The notes beneath the pieces were generated by a model. That model had not been told where the DNA came from. It was given only the letters and a program-made list of their open reading frames with translations, and did not search any database. A DNA stretch of 64,000 bases from positions 9,061 through 73,060 of IMG/VR virus record IMGVR_UViG_3300042892_004373; one strand, 5' to 3'. Each line of letters begins with the position of its first letter. Position 1 is the first letter of the stretch. The DNA is from a virus. Below are positions 48,137 through 58,717 of the stretch, one piece after another. The translations under genes were made by a program, and so were the position numbers.

Positions 48137-48877
48137 TTATCCTTTTCTTAATACTTCTTTAGTATAGTAATCTTCAAAACCATCTAAGTAAGTAGTAATC
48201 GGGGTTGATTTATCAGTGATGATGATTTCGTCAATAAATCCAAAATCTAACGCTTCCTGAGAGTTTAACCAATTATCTCTTCTAGCACTTTCGAGTACGT
48301 AATCAAAATCTCTACCACTATTCTCTGCAAGCATCTTGAATAATATATAGTTATACTTTTCTGATTCCATTTGTGAGATACGATTATCTTCAACATGTCC
48401 TGAAGCTCCAGAAGAAACTTGGTGTATCATTACTTTAGAGAAATTTAATGATGCTCTTTTACCTTTAGTTCCTGATGATAATAAGATAGAACCCATAGAT
48501 GCTGCCATACCAGTATTGATAGTTTCAACATCAGAGTTGATATATCTCATAACATCAACCATACCTAATCCCGCTAAAACTGAACCACCTGGTGAGTCAA
48601 TGTGCATTTTAATGTCTTTTTTCTCTACAGAGTCTAAATACATCAATTGAGCTTGAACAACGGTTGACATTTGTGTATTTACAACACCAGCAACCCATAA
48701 TATACGATCTCGCATAAGTCTACTAAAAATATCCATCTGCGTTACTCTCATTTCTCTTTCTTCAAGAATGTATGGTGTCATACTATTCTCTACTAAACCT
48801 TTTTCAAAGTAATCTAAGTTTAGAGAAGAAATTCCTTCACTTAATGCATACTTTCTAAAATCTTTTCCAAAATCCAT
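48137..48877 (-). CDS. clpP: ATP-dependent Clp protease proteolytic subunit
   Basis: DIFSRL..DRI, SPGG, AASMG, MIHQ, RDNWL. Confidence 0.95.
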   Translation of the reverse strand: MDFGKDFRKYALSEGISSLNLDYFEKGLVENSMTPYILEEREMRVTQMDIFSRLMRDRILWVAGVVNTQMSTVVQAQLMYLDSVEKKDIKMHIDSPGGSVLAGLGMVDVMRYINSDVETINTGMAASMGSILLSSGTKGKRASLNFSKVMIHQVSSGASGHVEDNRISQMESEKYNYILFKMLAENSGRDFDYVLESARRDNWLNSQEALDFGFIDEIIITDKSTPITTYLDGFEDYYTKEVLRKG

Positions 48878-48996
48878 TTTTTTATAATTTAAAGTTATTA
48901 AATTGATATACTTAAAATGTATAAAAGTTTATTCAAAATAATTTTTTAATATCATTTACTTTTATGTATCTTTGTTTTTTAAACTAAAAATTATAT

Positions 48997-49614
48997 ATGA
49001 AAAACGCTTTTAAGTTATTTGACTTTATGGGAACTCCAGTTTATTTAAAATACTGGTTCTTTATTTTACTTCCTTTATTTATGTTACAATCTGGTGGATT
49101 TACTGAACAAGGACTTTTAACTGGCTTAGACTGGTTCTTATCAATTTTTGTTGCAGTTTTAGTACATGAATTAGCACATACCGCAGTTGCTAAACAATTA
49201 AATCATTACGTAGAACATGTTTATTTAGATGTATTTAATGGTGCTGCTGCAATTGATACTACTTATTCTCCTTATAGTCAAACAATCTTAATTGTTGCCG
49301 CGGGACCACTATCAAATTTAGTATTATGGTTTATTGGTTCTTATTTAGGATTAGATATATTTGCACAGGTGAATATGTTTTTATTTATCTTTAATATTTT
49401 ACCTATTTATCCAATGGATGGTGGTCGAATTTGTAAAGCAATTTGTCAATGGGTAACTAAACCTTCGATTGGAAGAAAAATCAATGGATATATCTCAATC
49501 GTTTGTAGTATATTATTATTTATTTTATCTATTATGACTAGTAATTTACTTATGGCCTTATTTTCTGCCTTATTTGTATTTTATTCATATAAAGAAATAG
49601 AACAAAAATATTAA
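48997..49614 (+). CDS. Site-2 protease (M50)
   Basis: HELAH, AGPLSN, NILPIYPMDGG. Confidence 0.92.
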   Translation: MKNAFKLFDFMGTPVYLKYWFFILLPLFMLQSGGFTEQGLLTGLDWFLSIFVAVLVHELAHTAVAKQLNHYVEHVYLDVFNGAAAIDTTYSPYSQTILIVAAGPLSNLVLWFIGSYLGLDIFAQVNMFLFIFNILPIYPMDGGRICKAICQWVTKPSIGRKINGYISIVCSILLFILSIMTSNLLMALFSALFVFYSYKEIEQKY

Positions 49615-49616
49615 AA

Positions 49617-50129
49617 ATGTTAGACATTGGTAAAACAAATATTTTCTTAAATGATAAAGCTAAATATGTTATTAGTAAACTAATAGATGATTATGATCTT
49701 ATGGGTCATAATTGTTTGTTTTTAACTCATAAGAATGACACTTTACAACTTAAATGTGCTTCTTGTACTTATACCACTTACGATTCAATACAAGATGTTT
49801 TATCAGAGAATTTATTTAGAGTAAACATTATTATTGTTGAGTCAAATAGAAAATTTAATTTTTTACTTGATTCTATAAGAGAAGTAACAGACTTACCAGT
49901 TATTTTAGTTACTGATGATTTATCATATGATTATCCAGATTATAAATTTGATTATATTTATAAACTTTATATACAAGAAAGAAATCTTCCATTGAATATA
50001 GATACTTTTGAAGAAGACTTTTTAAATAGTTCATATATTAGTGATATTAAAAATGGTTGGAATATGTCATTAGGTGGTTTAAGAACACAATATATTAGAG
50101 ATAAAAAAATTAACGATTTATTAAAATAA
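49617..50129 (+). CDS. Hypothetical protein with RDxKI tag
   Basis: Ends IRDKKINDLLK. Confidence 0.55.
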   Translation: MLDIGKTNIFLNDKAKYVISKLIDDYDLMGHNCLFLTHKNDTLQLKCASCTYTTYDSIQDVLSENLFRVNIIIVESNRKFNFLLDSIREVTDLPVILVTDDLSYDYPDYKFDYIYKLYIQERNLPLNIDTFEEDFLNSSYISDIKNGWNMSLGGLRTQYIRDKKINDLLK

Positions 50130-50132
50130 AAT

Positions 50133-50558
50133 ATGAAAGCACACGTAATTGTAAAAAAAGGATATGAGTATGATGATAACATCTATTCAGAATCAGAAGG
50201 TGGGAATCCCGAATTGATTTGTTTCTCAAAAGAAGATGCGGAATTAAAAGTAAATGACTTGAATAAACAGGAATTTAAAACAAGTTCACTTAACTATTAT
50301 TCATATGATTTAGAAGACATATTGAATGTTTCTACTGATGAATATGAAAAATTTAACCAATCACTTACTGAAAAGTATGGTAAGATAAGTAAAAAGAACT
50401 CTTGGGATGATTCTGTAAATATTTTACATCCAATGGCAAATGATGAAGAAGCTGAGAAGTATATGAAAATGACATCTTTGAGCTTCTATGAAGTTAAAGA
50501 AACTGATATTGATGTTCAAAGTTTTAGAGATTATAAAATCAATGAAGTTTTAAAATAA
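50133..50558 (+). CDS. Hypothetical protein with RDxKI tag
   Basis: Ends FRDYKINEVLK. Confidence 0.55.
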   Translation: MKAHVIVKKGYEYDDNIYSESEGGNPELICFSKEDAELKVNDLNKQEFKTSSLNYYSYDLEDILNVSTDEYEKFNQSLTEKYGKISKKNSWDDSVNILHPMANDEEAEKYMKMTSLSFYEVKETDIDVQSFRDYKINEVLK

Positions 50559-50586
50559 GAAACTGTTAAGAAAGAATATATATGTT

Positions 50587-51477
50587 ATGAGATATATATT
50601 CTTTCTTTTTTTATTTTTACTTTTCTCTTGTAAAACTGTAAATAATACAGTTATACCACCTTCACCTTTAGAGAAGTCTTTTGATACTGATGAAGATGGT
50701 GTTGATGATATGTATGATAAATGTCCTGATATAAAAGGTAGAGTAGAAAATATGGGTTGTCCTGATGTCGAACGAGACAGTATGTTGATTGTTAAATCAG
50801 TACGAGATATAGAAGAACAAAATAAAAATACCTTATCACCTGAAAAACAAAGTGAGATTAGAAAAAACAAAAATATTGAAAAGAAATCGATAGAAGAAGA
50901 AAAAGTTATTACTAAAACAAAAAAAGAAGTTAGACCTAAAGGTTTAATAGCTTATTCTGTACCAAATGAAATGCAAGTTGGTGAAGAATATTCAGTAAAG
51001 GTTAGAATAAGTAAACAAAATGATAAAACTGTTTTACTGGTTGGAGATAGAGAAATACCTATATCAGATAATTTGGATAGTGTTAAGGTTGAATCAATAA
51101 CAGTTTCTCCAATAATGTCTGCTAGTTTGTTATCCAGTAAAAAAGATTTTGAAATAACTCCATTATCAACAGATATTCAAAATATAGATGATGAAGGATA
51201 TACGGAATGGGCCTGGAGTGTAAGTCCTTTACAAGGTGGTGAAAATAATTTAAAACTTAATGTAAAAATTAGAATAAAAGAAGATGGTAATGATTATTAT
51301 AAAGATATTACCGTCTTTGAAAGGAAGATAAAAGTCAAGTCTAATATTGGTTCTAGTATAAAAGACTTCATACTCAATAACTGGGAGTGGTTTATGGGTG
51401 TAATTTTTATCCCACTTTTTCAATGGCTTTGGTTATTGTGGAAGAGGAAAAAAGAAAAAAAAGAAGAAGATGTTTAA
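50587..51477 (+). CDS. Lipoprotein with a TSP3 Ca-binding repeat and C-terminal TM
   Basis: Lipobox LFSC; DTDEDGVDDMYDKCP..GCP; C-terminal hydrophobic helix. Confidence 0.65.
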   Translation: MRYIFFLFLFLLFSCKTVNNTVIPPSPLEKSFDTDEDGVDDMYDKCPDIKGRVENMGCPDVERDSMLIVKSVRDIEEQNKNTLSPEKQSEIRKNKNIEKKSIEEEKVITKTKKEVRPKGLIAYSVPNEMQVGEEYSVKVRISKQNDKTVLLVGDREIPISDNLDSVKVESITVSPIMSASLLSSKKDFEITPLSTDIQNIDDEGYTEWAWSVSPLQGGENNLKLNVKIRIKEDGNDYYKDITVFERKIKVKSNIGSSIKDFILNNWEWFMGVIFIPLFQWLWLLWKRKKEKKEEDV

Positions 51478-51544
51478 TTACATCTTTTTTATTTTAAACA
51501 TAATTGTATAATTTTTATACAAATAAAAATATAATATAGATACT

Positions 51545-52777
51545 ATGGATAATATAAATCTAGTAGAGTCTTTTACTGAGTTAAAAGATGTTAAAAACAT
51601 TGATAAATCATCAATGATTAAAATAATGCAAGAAGTTTTTCAAACTATAATCTTAAAAAAATATGGTTCTGCGGATAACTTTGACATTATTGTAAATCCA
51701 AATAAAGGAGATTTAGAAATATGGAGAAATAGAATGGTTGTTGAGGACAACTATGATGAATTTGATGAAAACATTCACATTAAATTTACTGATGTAAATA
51801 AAATTGAATCTGGCTTTGAGGTAGGTGAAGATTATTCGGATGAAGTTAAAATTGCAGATTTTGGAAGACGTTCGATTTCATCTATTCGTCAAATACTTAA
51901 ATCTAAAATTATTGATTTAGGTAAAGAATCTTTATATAAAAAATATAAAGATAGAGAAGGTGAGATTTTTACTTGTGAAGTATATCAGATTCTAAGAAAA
52001 GAAGCAATTGTTATTGATGATGAAGGTAATGAGTTTGTGCTTCCTAAAAGTGAACAAGTACCTGGTGATTTTTATAGAAAAGGTGATTCAATTAGAGCAA
52101 TTCTACAAAGTGTTTCTATTGAAAATGGTAAACTTTTTATGACATTATCAAGAAGTTCTAATAAATTCTTAGAAAAACTATTTGAGCTTGAAATACCTGA
52201 AGTATTTGATGGTTTAATTACTGTTAAAGCTGTTGTTAGAGAACCTGGATCTAAAGCAAAGGTTGCGGTTGAGTCATATGATGATAGAATTGATCCAGTT
52301 GGAACTTGTGTTGGAGTTAAGGGTAGTAGAATACATAGCATTGTAAGAGAACTTAACAATGAAAATATTGATGTCATTAGTTACACAACAAATAAATCAT
52401 TATTTGTTATGAGAGCACTTGGTCAGATTAAGGCAACTGTAGAGTTAAATGAAGAAAAGAAAACTGCTAATGTAGTTATTCCTTCAGAAAACATTTCGTT
52501 AGCAATTGGAAAAGGTGGAATGAACATTAAGTTAGCAAGTAAAATAAGTGGATATAAAATAAATGTTTTCTCTGATGTTGAACACAATGAAGATGTTTTA
52601 TTAGAAGATTTTTCTGATGAGATTGATGGTTGGATTATTGATGAATTTAAGAAAGTTGGGTTTGACACTGCTAAGAGTGTTTTAAACGCAGATTTTAACT
52701 ATATTGTAAAACAGACAGATCTTGAAGAAGAAACTATAAGAGAAGTTATTACTATTTTAGAGACAGAATTTAATTAA
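51545..52777 (+). CDS. nusA: Transcription elongation factor NusA
   Basis: S1 + KH domains, ELEIPEV.DG, REPG..AKVAV, DPVGTCVG..GSRI, AIGKGG.N. Confidence 0.95.
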   Translation: MDNINLVESFTELKDVKNIDKSSMIKIMQEVFQTIILKKYGSADNFDIIVNPNKGDLEIWRNRMVVEDNYDEFDENIHIKFTDVNKIESGFEVGEDYSDEVKIADFGRRSISSIRQILKSKIIDLGKESLYKKYKDREGEIFTCEVYQILRKEAIVIDDEGNEFVLPKSEQVPGDFYRKGDSIRAILQSVSIENGKLFMTLSRSSNKFLEKLFELEIPEVFDGLITVKAVVREPGSKAKVAVESYDDRIDPVGTCVGVKGSRIHSIVRELNNENIDVISYTTNKSLFVMRALGQIKATVELNEEKKTANVVIPSENISLAIGKGGMNIKLASKISGYKINVFSDVEHNEDVLLEDFSDEIDGWIIDEFKKVGFDTAKSVLNADFNYIVKQTDLEEETIREVITILETEFN

Positions 52778-52805
52778 AAAAAGAGACTCAATTTGAGTCT
52801 CTTTT

Positions 52806-53390
52806 TTATTTTATTAGGTAAAGTTTGAAATTACTAGATTTTGGCTTTTCATTTAGAAAGTAATACTTTTCGGTTATACCATTATATTTTATGATTTTAA
52901 GAAAAGCATCTGGTACTGTTGCACCAGTTGGTAGTTTAATTGATTTATCTGAAAAGATAAGTTTTATCTCAACATCAACTATATATTTTTGAGCTAATTC
53001 TCTTTCATATACTTCTAAGAATCGCCAAGTGCCTCTATTTAGGAATTGATCTTGTAAAGCACAGTTTAGATACGTAAATGTTTTAAATAACATCACTTTA
53101 TCACAATTAAAATCTGCAGCGGGTGCACAATGTCCTTTGTCATATATGTTGGCTTCGTAATCTTTTGCATCTGAAGTTTTGTAATTTTTTTCTGTATAGA
53201 AGTCCATTCCTTGTCTTGATGCTTTACCATCTTGACAAAGTACACGGTACTTAACTCTTAATGGTTGTTCAAATTTTTCTGAATAAGACACTTCAAAAAT
53301 ATCTGTTTTAACTAACACACTATCTCTAACAACTTGAGAATAACTCATGAACGTTGTTATAAATAATAAAATCGATAATAATTTCTTCAT
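52806..53390 (-). CDS. Exported DNA/RNA non-specific endonuclease
   Basis: Signal peptide; YDKGHCAPAAD, N..LQ...LN.G.W..LE. Confidence 0.9.
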   Translation of the reverse strand: MKKLLSILLFITTFMSYSQVVRDSVLVKTDIFEVSYSEKFEQPLRVKYRVLCQDGKASRQGMDFYTEKNYKTSDAKDYEANIYDKGHCAPAADFNCDKVMLFKTFTYLNCALQDQFLNRGTWRFLEVYERELAQKYIVDVEIKLIFSDKSIKLPTGATVPDAFLKIIKYNGITEKYYFLNEKPKSSNFKLYLIK

Positions 53391-53812
53391 TGTTTTTTAA
53401 TTTTTTTAACTTAGTATATATTAAGTTTAATATATAAAAAATATGAAGGCATTTGCTTATATTTTAATGGTGATTTCTCTACTAATAGGTATATTAGTAG
53501 ATATGAATTATTTTGAAGAAGTACAGCTTCCAGTATTTAGTTCATTTGTGATATTCTTAACTGGTATTTATATCTTATCTGTTAAGAAGTCTAATTAACA
53601 ACTACATAAACCATTATTTTACTATGTTCTTTGATAAATTTAATCTCACCATAGAATCCTAATTCTTTGGCTTTTTTATCATATTTATCATAAATCTCAT
53701 CAAAGTTATTATCAACAACTTTGACCTTCTCAATTCCTAGTTTTTTTAATAATAATTCCATATTGTATATATTTTATATTTCAACTCCTGAAAATAATTT
53801 AATATAATTATT

Positions 53813-54322
53813 ATGAAATTAAAAGTTTACATTTCCGGATACGGTGCTGAAGTTACACAAGGAACTTTAACAAATGAAAAAGTTGAGAAGATATACGAGA
53901 CTCATGATTCATTAGAAGAATACTTTAGTCAATATGTTGATGATGATTTTAGTTGGTATGAGATTGATGATAACTTTCATTGCTCTGCTGCATATTTAGA
54001 AGAATCATCTATTCAAATTATTGACGAAGAAGGTACAACTATCTATGAAAAGCCATGTGATGAAATAGTTTATGATGAAACAATAACAGATCCTATTTAT
54101 TCTACTGATGATGAATGTGCTATTACCTGTGTATCTACTGAAAAAGGTACTTTTTTTGAAGGAGACTTTGAGATTGTAGATTTTAATCCGGAATTACTTA
54201 CTTTGAAGATTAAAAGATTAGAAAGTTTTAAAATGGTTTCTGAGGTATTTTATAATGGTGAAGAAATACCAGGTGATTTTGTTTTTTCTAATGGTAAAGA
54301 TTTCAATGTTTATATTGACTAA
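53813..54322 (+). CDS. Acidic hypothetical phage protein
   Basis: GYGAE, EKGTFF motifs. Confidence 0.6.
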   Translation: MKLKVYISGYGAEVTQGTLTNEKVEKIYETHDSLEEYFSQYVDDDFSWYEIDDNFHCSAAYLEESSIQIIDEEGTTIYEKPCDEIVYDETITDPIYSTDDECAITCVSTEKGTFFEGDFEIVDFNPELLTLKIKRLESFKMVSEVFYNGEEIPGDFVFSNGKDFNVYID

Positions 54323-54324
54323 TC

Positions 54325-54993
54325 TTATTTTAAGGGTATTTCAGGATTAATATCGAATTTAGTATTAAGATATGTCTTTAGTTCATTTTCGATATAATGA
54401 TCTGGTACAACTTTATCATTATCTTCTTTATTCATCCTTTCACTTATGAAAGAAGTGAATGCATCAACTACTTCTGGTTTAAGTGCTTCAATCAACCTAT
54501 CAGATACAACAAATGCTCTTGAGAATCTATCTTTTAATGGAACCTCTCCTTCTGGTAACATCATATAAGTATCAATAGTTTTCTTTAAAAAGTCAGTATA
54601 TTTAGATTGTGGATTTAGGTATTCAAATATTGTATCAAATATTCTATGTGCTAATCTTGATGATCCAAATATTGTTCCTACAATGGCAAGTATTGGAAAG
54701 AATGGTGCAAGTGATAATGGAATTATTGTTGGTAGTGTACTAAGTATTCCTTTTTTAAGTTTTGTTTTCTTTTTTGCATCAATTGCATCTAAAAATATTG
54801 CTTTAAGAATACCAAATGTAAAATTTTCACCTTTCGAGTGTAAGTAAGTACCTAAGTGTCCTTCTTTAGAAAGTTTAACCTGTCTTTCTAATTCAAATTT
54901 ATCAGTAACACCCATACTAATAAGTTGTGACTTTATGTTCTTATCATATCTTTCTAGTATTAAAAAATCACTATATTTCTTTATCTTAATCAT
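54325..54993 (-). CDS. Hypothetical protein with N-terminal tag and central hydrophobic hairpin
   Basis: MIKIKKYSDFLILE. Confidence 0.55.
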   Translation of the reverse strand: MIKIKKYSDFLILERYDKNIKSQLISMGVTDKFELERQVKLSKEGHLGTYLHSKGENFTFGILKAIFLDAIDAKKKTKLKKGILSTLPTIIPLSLAPFFPILAIVGTIFGSSRLAHRIFDTIFEYLNPQSKYTDFLKKTIDTYMMLPEGEVPLKDRFSRAFVVSDRLIEALKPEVVDAFTSFISERMNKEDNDKVVPDHYIENELKTYLNTKFDINPEIPLK

Positions 54994-55058
54994 ATTAAAT
55001 TATTATTTGTTTTCAATCTATATAAAAACAAAGATTATTTTTTACTATATATAAAATT

Positions 55059-56402
55059 ATGATAACAGAAAAAACGATTTCAGATTTTCTTTCATGTGAG
55101 TATAAAGAGTTTGCAATGTATTCAATTGAAGGTAGAGCAATACCATCAGTTGTTGATGGTTTTAAACCAACACAGAGAAAGATCATTCACATCTCCAATC
55201 AAATATGGAGAACCGGTAATGAGAAGAATCTAAAAGTATTCCAATTAGCAGGTAAAGTAGCATCTGATGCTTTTTACCATCATGGTAATACTTCATTAGA
55301 AAATGCCATTGTTACAATGGCACAAAAATTTAAAAATAATGCGGCATTATTAGAAGAAGATGGACAATTTGGTTCATTACGTTCTCCACAACCGGGTGCA
55401 GCAAGATATATTGGAACTAAACTAAGTGATAATTTTAGATTGATTTATAAAGACTTTGATCTACTTGAATACAAACAAGAAGAAGGTGAGGTAATTGAAC
55501 CTAAATACTTTTTACCAATCATTCCAACGGTATTATTAAACGGTTCTTCTGGTATTGCAGTTGGATTTGCGTCTAATGTGTTAAATAGAGATATTAAAAG
55601 CATTATTGATGCTTGTGTAAGGGTTATTGAGGGTAAGAAAATAACGAGCATTAAACCGTCTTTAAATGAGTTTACTGGGGAATTTATACAAGATAAAGAA
55701 AATCCTAAGAGATGGATAATAAGAGGTTTGTTCCAAAGAGTGAATACTTCAACTGTAAGAATAACAGAGTTACCACCTTCTATGACTTATGAAAAGTATG
55801 AAGAGATACTCGATAAACTAGTTGATAATAAAGACATTGTATCATATGATGATAATTGTAAAGACAATGTAGATTATACAATTAAGTTTCAAAGGGCTAC
55901 TTTAGAAGGTATTGACGATACCGCAATGATAAAGTTATTAAAATTAGAAGAGTCGTCAACTGAGATATTTACTACACTTGATGAGTTTGGTAAATTAAAA
56001 ATATTTGAAACATCTGAAGAGATTATAGAATACTTTACTAAATTTAGACTAACTTATTATGATATAAGAAAACAACATACTTTAGATAAACTTAATAGAG
56101 AATTAAAGATACTAAGTAATAGAGGTAGATTTATTAAAGCTATTTTAGATGAGAAATTAAAAATAAATAATGTTTCTAAGTCAGAAATTATATCAAGTAT
56201 AGAAACACTAGGTTTAGAACAAATAGATGAGTCATATGATTATTTGTTGAGAATGCCAATTTACTCTCTAACAAAAGAGTTATTTGAAAAAATGAAGCAG
56301 GATTTCACTGCTAAAAAAGAAGAAATTAAAATATTAGAAGGTACTGAACCAAAGGATATGTATCTACTAGATTTAAGTGAATTAAAAAAGAAGTTTAAAT
56401 AG
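55059..56402 (+). CDS. Type II DNA topoisomerase medium subunit (T4 gp52-like)
   Basis: RAIPSVVDGFKPTQRK, YHHG, AARYI catalytic Tyr, NGSSGIAVG; no GyrA CTD. Confidence 0.93.
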   Translation: MITEKTISDFLSCEYKEFAMYSIEGRAIPSVVDGFKPTQRKIIHISNQIWRTGNEKNLKVFQLAGKVASDAFYHHGNTSLENAIVTMAQKFKNNAALLEEDGQFGSLRSPQPGAARYIGTKLSDNFRLIYKDFDLLEYKQEEGEVIEPKYFLPIIPTVLLNGSSGIAVGFASNVLNRDIKSIIDACVRVIEGKKITSIKPSLNEFTGEFIQDKENPKRWIIRGLFQRVNTSTVRITELPPSMTYEKYEEILDKLVDNKDIVSYDDNCKDNVDYTIKFQRATLEGIDDTAMIKLLKLEESSTEIFTTLDEFGKLKIFETSEEIIEYFTKFRLTYYDIRKQHTLDKLNRELKILSNRGRFIKAILDEKLKINNVSKSEIISSIETLGLEQIDESYDYLLRMPIYSLTKELFEKMKQDFTAKKEEIKILEGTEPKDMYLLDLSELKKKFK

Positions 56403-56449
56403 TTGAACATTTAATTTTTTTCACTATATTTGTAAAAATTATAATAAAG

Positions 56450-57718
56450 ATGAAAGAACAATTAAGCCAACTTATAAATGAAAGATCTCCTGGATCTAAA
56501 CCAATCTTCTTGGTTATTAGAGGATCACATGCATACGGAACTAATATAGAGACATCTGATACCGATTATGCTGGAGTATTCATACAGTCATTGGATGATA
56601 TTCTAGGTAGTAAATACAAACAACAAGTAAATGATGATACTAATGATACAGTAATCTATGAGTTACGTAGATTTTTAGAACTATTGGCTAGTAATAATCC
56701 AACTGTTTTAGAATTACTTAATACTCCAGAAGAATGTATTATCTATAAAGATCCTATTTTTGATCTAATATTAGAGAATAGAGAACAATTTATTACTAAA
56801 ATCTGTGCTAATTCTTTCGGTGGTTATGCAAGAGCTCAAATTGGTAAAGCAAAAGGTCAAAATAAAAAACAAAACTGGGAAAAGGATAAAGTAACTCGTA
56901 AAGACTTGCTTGACTTTTGTTATGTTATTCAAGGAACAAAAGCAATTCCATGGAAAAAATGGAATGATGGTAGATTTGATGAAAGATTTATTGGTGCAGT
57001 AAATGTTCCATATGCAAAAGATGTTTATACTTTATTTTACGATAGTGAAGGTGATATGATGTTCTCTGGTAAAGAGAAAAAAGAGTTGAGTGATATGATG
57101 ATTCAACAACGTAAAGATGCTGGTCTTGCATTGGGTCTTGGATATAAAGGATTAGTTAAAGTTGGTTCGACTACTATTGATAGAAGTAAACTTACTAATA
57201 TGACTGATGAGCAAATTGATAGACTTGAGTTAGTTTTTCAAAAGGAAGCGGAAAAGAACTTAGGTGTATCAAATCAATTGAGGTTATCATCAATTCCAAA
57301 AGGTCAAGAACCATTCTGTACTATTACTTATAATAAAGATGGTTATTCTGAACACTGTAAAGATTTCAGAGAGTATGAAGAATGGTTATCAAAGAGAAAT
57401 CTTCAAAGATGGGTAGATGTTAAGTCTCACGGTCAACAAATTGATGGTAAAAATATGATGCATTGCCGTAGATTGATGGATATGGCACGTGAAATTGCAG
57501 AGGGTAAAGGTATTCTTGTCAGAAGAGATAATGCACAAGAACTTCTTTCAATTAGAAGAGGTGAGATAGATTTACAGACTCTTATTGATCATGTTGAAAG
57601 TGAAATTAAAGAAGTGGATACTTTGTTTAAAGAGTCAAATTTACCAGAAAAGGTAGATGAAAATTTTATAAATAGTTTATTAGTAAAAATTAGAAAATCA
57701 GTTTATGGTATACAGTAG
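56450..57718 (+). CDS. Phage nucleotidyltransferase (nrdC.11/YcgL-like)
   Basis: GSHAYGT...SDTD, NNPTVLELL, K..MH..RL, LLSIRRG. Confidence 0.8.
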   Translation: MKEQLSQLINERSPGSKPIFLVIRGSHAYGTNIETSDTDYAGVFIQSLDDILGSKYKQQVNDDTNDTVIYELRRFLELLASNNPTVLELLNTPEECIIYKDPIFDLILENREQFITKICANSFGGYARAQIGKAKGQNKKQNWEKDKVTRKDLLDFCYVIQGTKAIPWKKWNDGRFDERFIGAVNVPYAKDVYTLFYDSEGDMMFSGKEKKELSDMMIQQRKDAGLALGLGYKGLVKVGSTTIDRSKLTNMTDEQIDRLELVFQKEAEKNLGVSNQLRLSSIPKGQEPFCTITYNKDGYSEHCKDFREYEEWLSKRNLQRWVDVKSHGQQIDGKNMMHCRRLMDMAREIAEGKGILVRRDNAQELLSIRRGEIDLQTLIDHVESEIKEVDTLFKESNLPEKVDENFINSLLVKIRKSVYGIQ

Positions 57719-58343
57719 TAGTTCAAGTGTCGCAATTATCGTTGGTTTCTTTTGCTTAGGTTATTTATTCAACAATCTATTAAGAAAGGTTGTTGAAGGA
57801 TATAAAGATGGTAAATATCGAAAAGAAATTACTGATATTTTTCAAAGTATATTAGATAATATTTATACAAATAAAACAAGTTTTATTAGTCGTATAAATG
57901 GAACTGTTACTATTATGACCGAACTAAGTGAAATAGGTATGGTAAATATTGTTTATCTTATGGATAGACGTGATATTGCTATATTTAAGGGAGATAAATG
58001 TATCTATACATCAGACACAATTGATAGAACATTAGTTGAAGAAATTATTGTTGGTGTCGAAACTTTTTACAAACATGAAATAAATGATGTTGTAAATGTA
58101 CTTGGTATGATTTTTTCTCGTACTGAATTTGAAAATAAATTCAAAATAAAAGTAGAGGATATAAAGAAGGGTATGGGTATGTTTGGTGGACCAAAAGAAG
58201 AAATGTCCGATATTGAGAAGATAAAAAAACAGAATGATGTAAAATTTAATATAGATGATATATTAGATAGGATTACATCTGTTGGTATTGAAAATCTTAC
58301 ACCAGAGGAAAAAAGATTTTTAGATAGTTATAATAATGAATAA
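57705..58343 (+). CDS. Membrane-anchored protein with C-terminal DUF6576-like motif
   Basis: N-terminal TM; IDDILDRITSVGIENLTPEEKRFL. Confidence 0.6.
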   Translation: MVYSSSSSVAIIVGFFCLGYLFNNLLRKVVEGYKDGKYRKEITDIFQSILDNIYTNKTSFISRINGTVTIMTELSEIGMVNIVYLMDRRDIAIFKGDKCIYTSDTIDRTLVEEIIVGVETFYKHEINDVVNVLGMIFSRTEFENKFKIKVEDIKKGMGMFGGPKEEMSDIEKIKKQNDVKFNIDDILDRITSVGIENLTPEEKRFLDSYNNE

Positions 58344-58677
58344 TTTGGAATTAAATGGATTTAACTCTAATTTTGGTGATTTTAAGATAGTATCAATTTT
58401 GAGTGATTATGAAAATCATTGGATATTAGGTTTAACTTCTATTATTCTTGAAAAAGATAATTTATACTTCTATATTCAAGATGATAAAGAAAAAATCTCA
58501 GATATTTCTAAGATGCCTATCTATATAAAAGAAGATTGGATAAATTATAATAAAAGTGATCTAAGTTTAGATATTATAAATAAACATATTAAGTATTATA
58601 AGAATGATGATGAGGATATGTTTAATCTACTAATGACAATAAGAAGAGACTTTATACTTACAAGGTATATTAAATAA
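58336..58677 (+). CDS. Hypothetical protein with RDxxL tag
   Basis: Ends RRDFILTRYIK. Confidence 0.55.
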   Translation: MNNLELNGFNSNFGDFKIVSILSDYENHWILGLTSIILEKDNLYFYIQDDKEKISDISKMPIYIKEDWINYNKSDLSLDIINKHIKYYKNDDEDMFNLLMTIRRDFILTRYIK

Positions 58678-58717
58678 AAAAACCACTCATTGAGTGGTTT
58701 TTCTTTTATTGTTGAGA

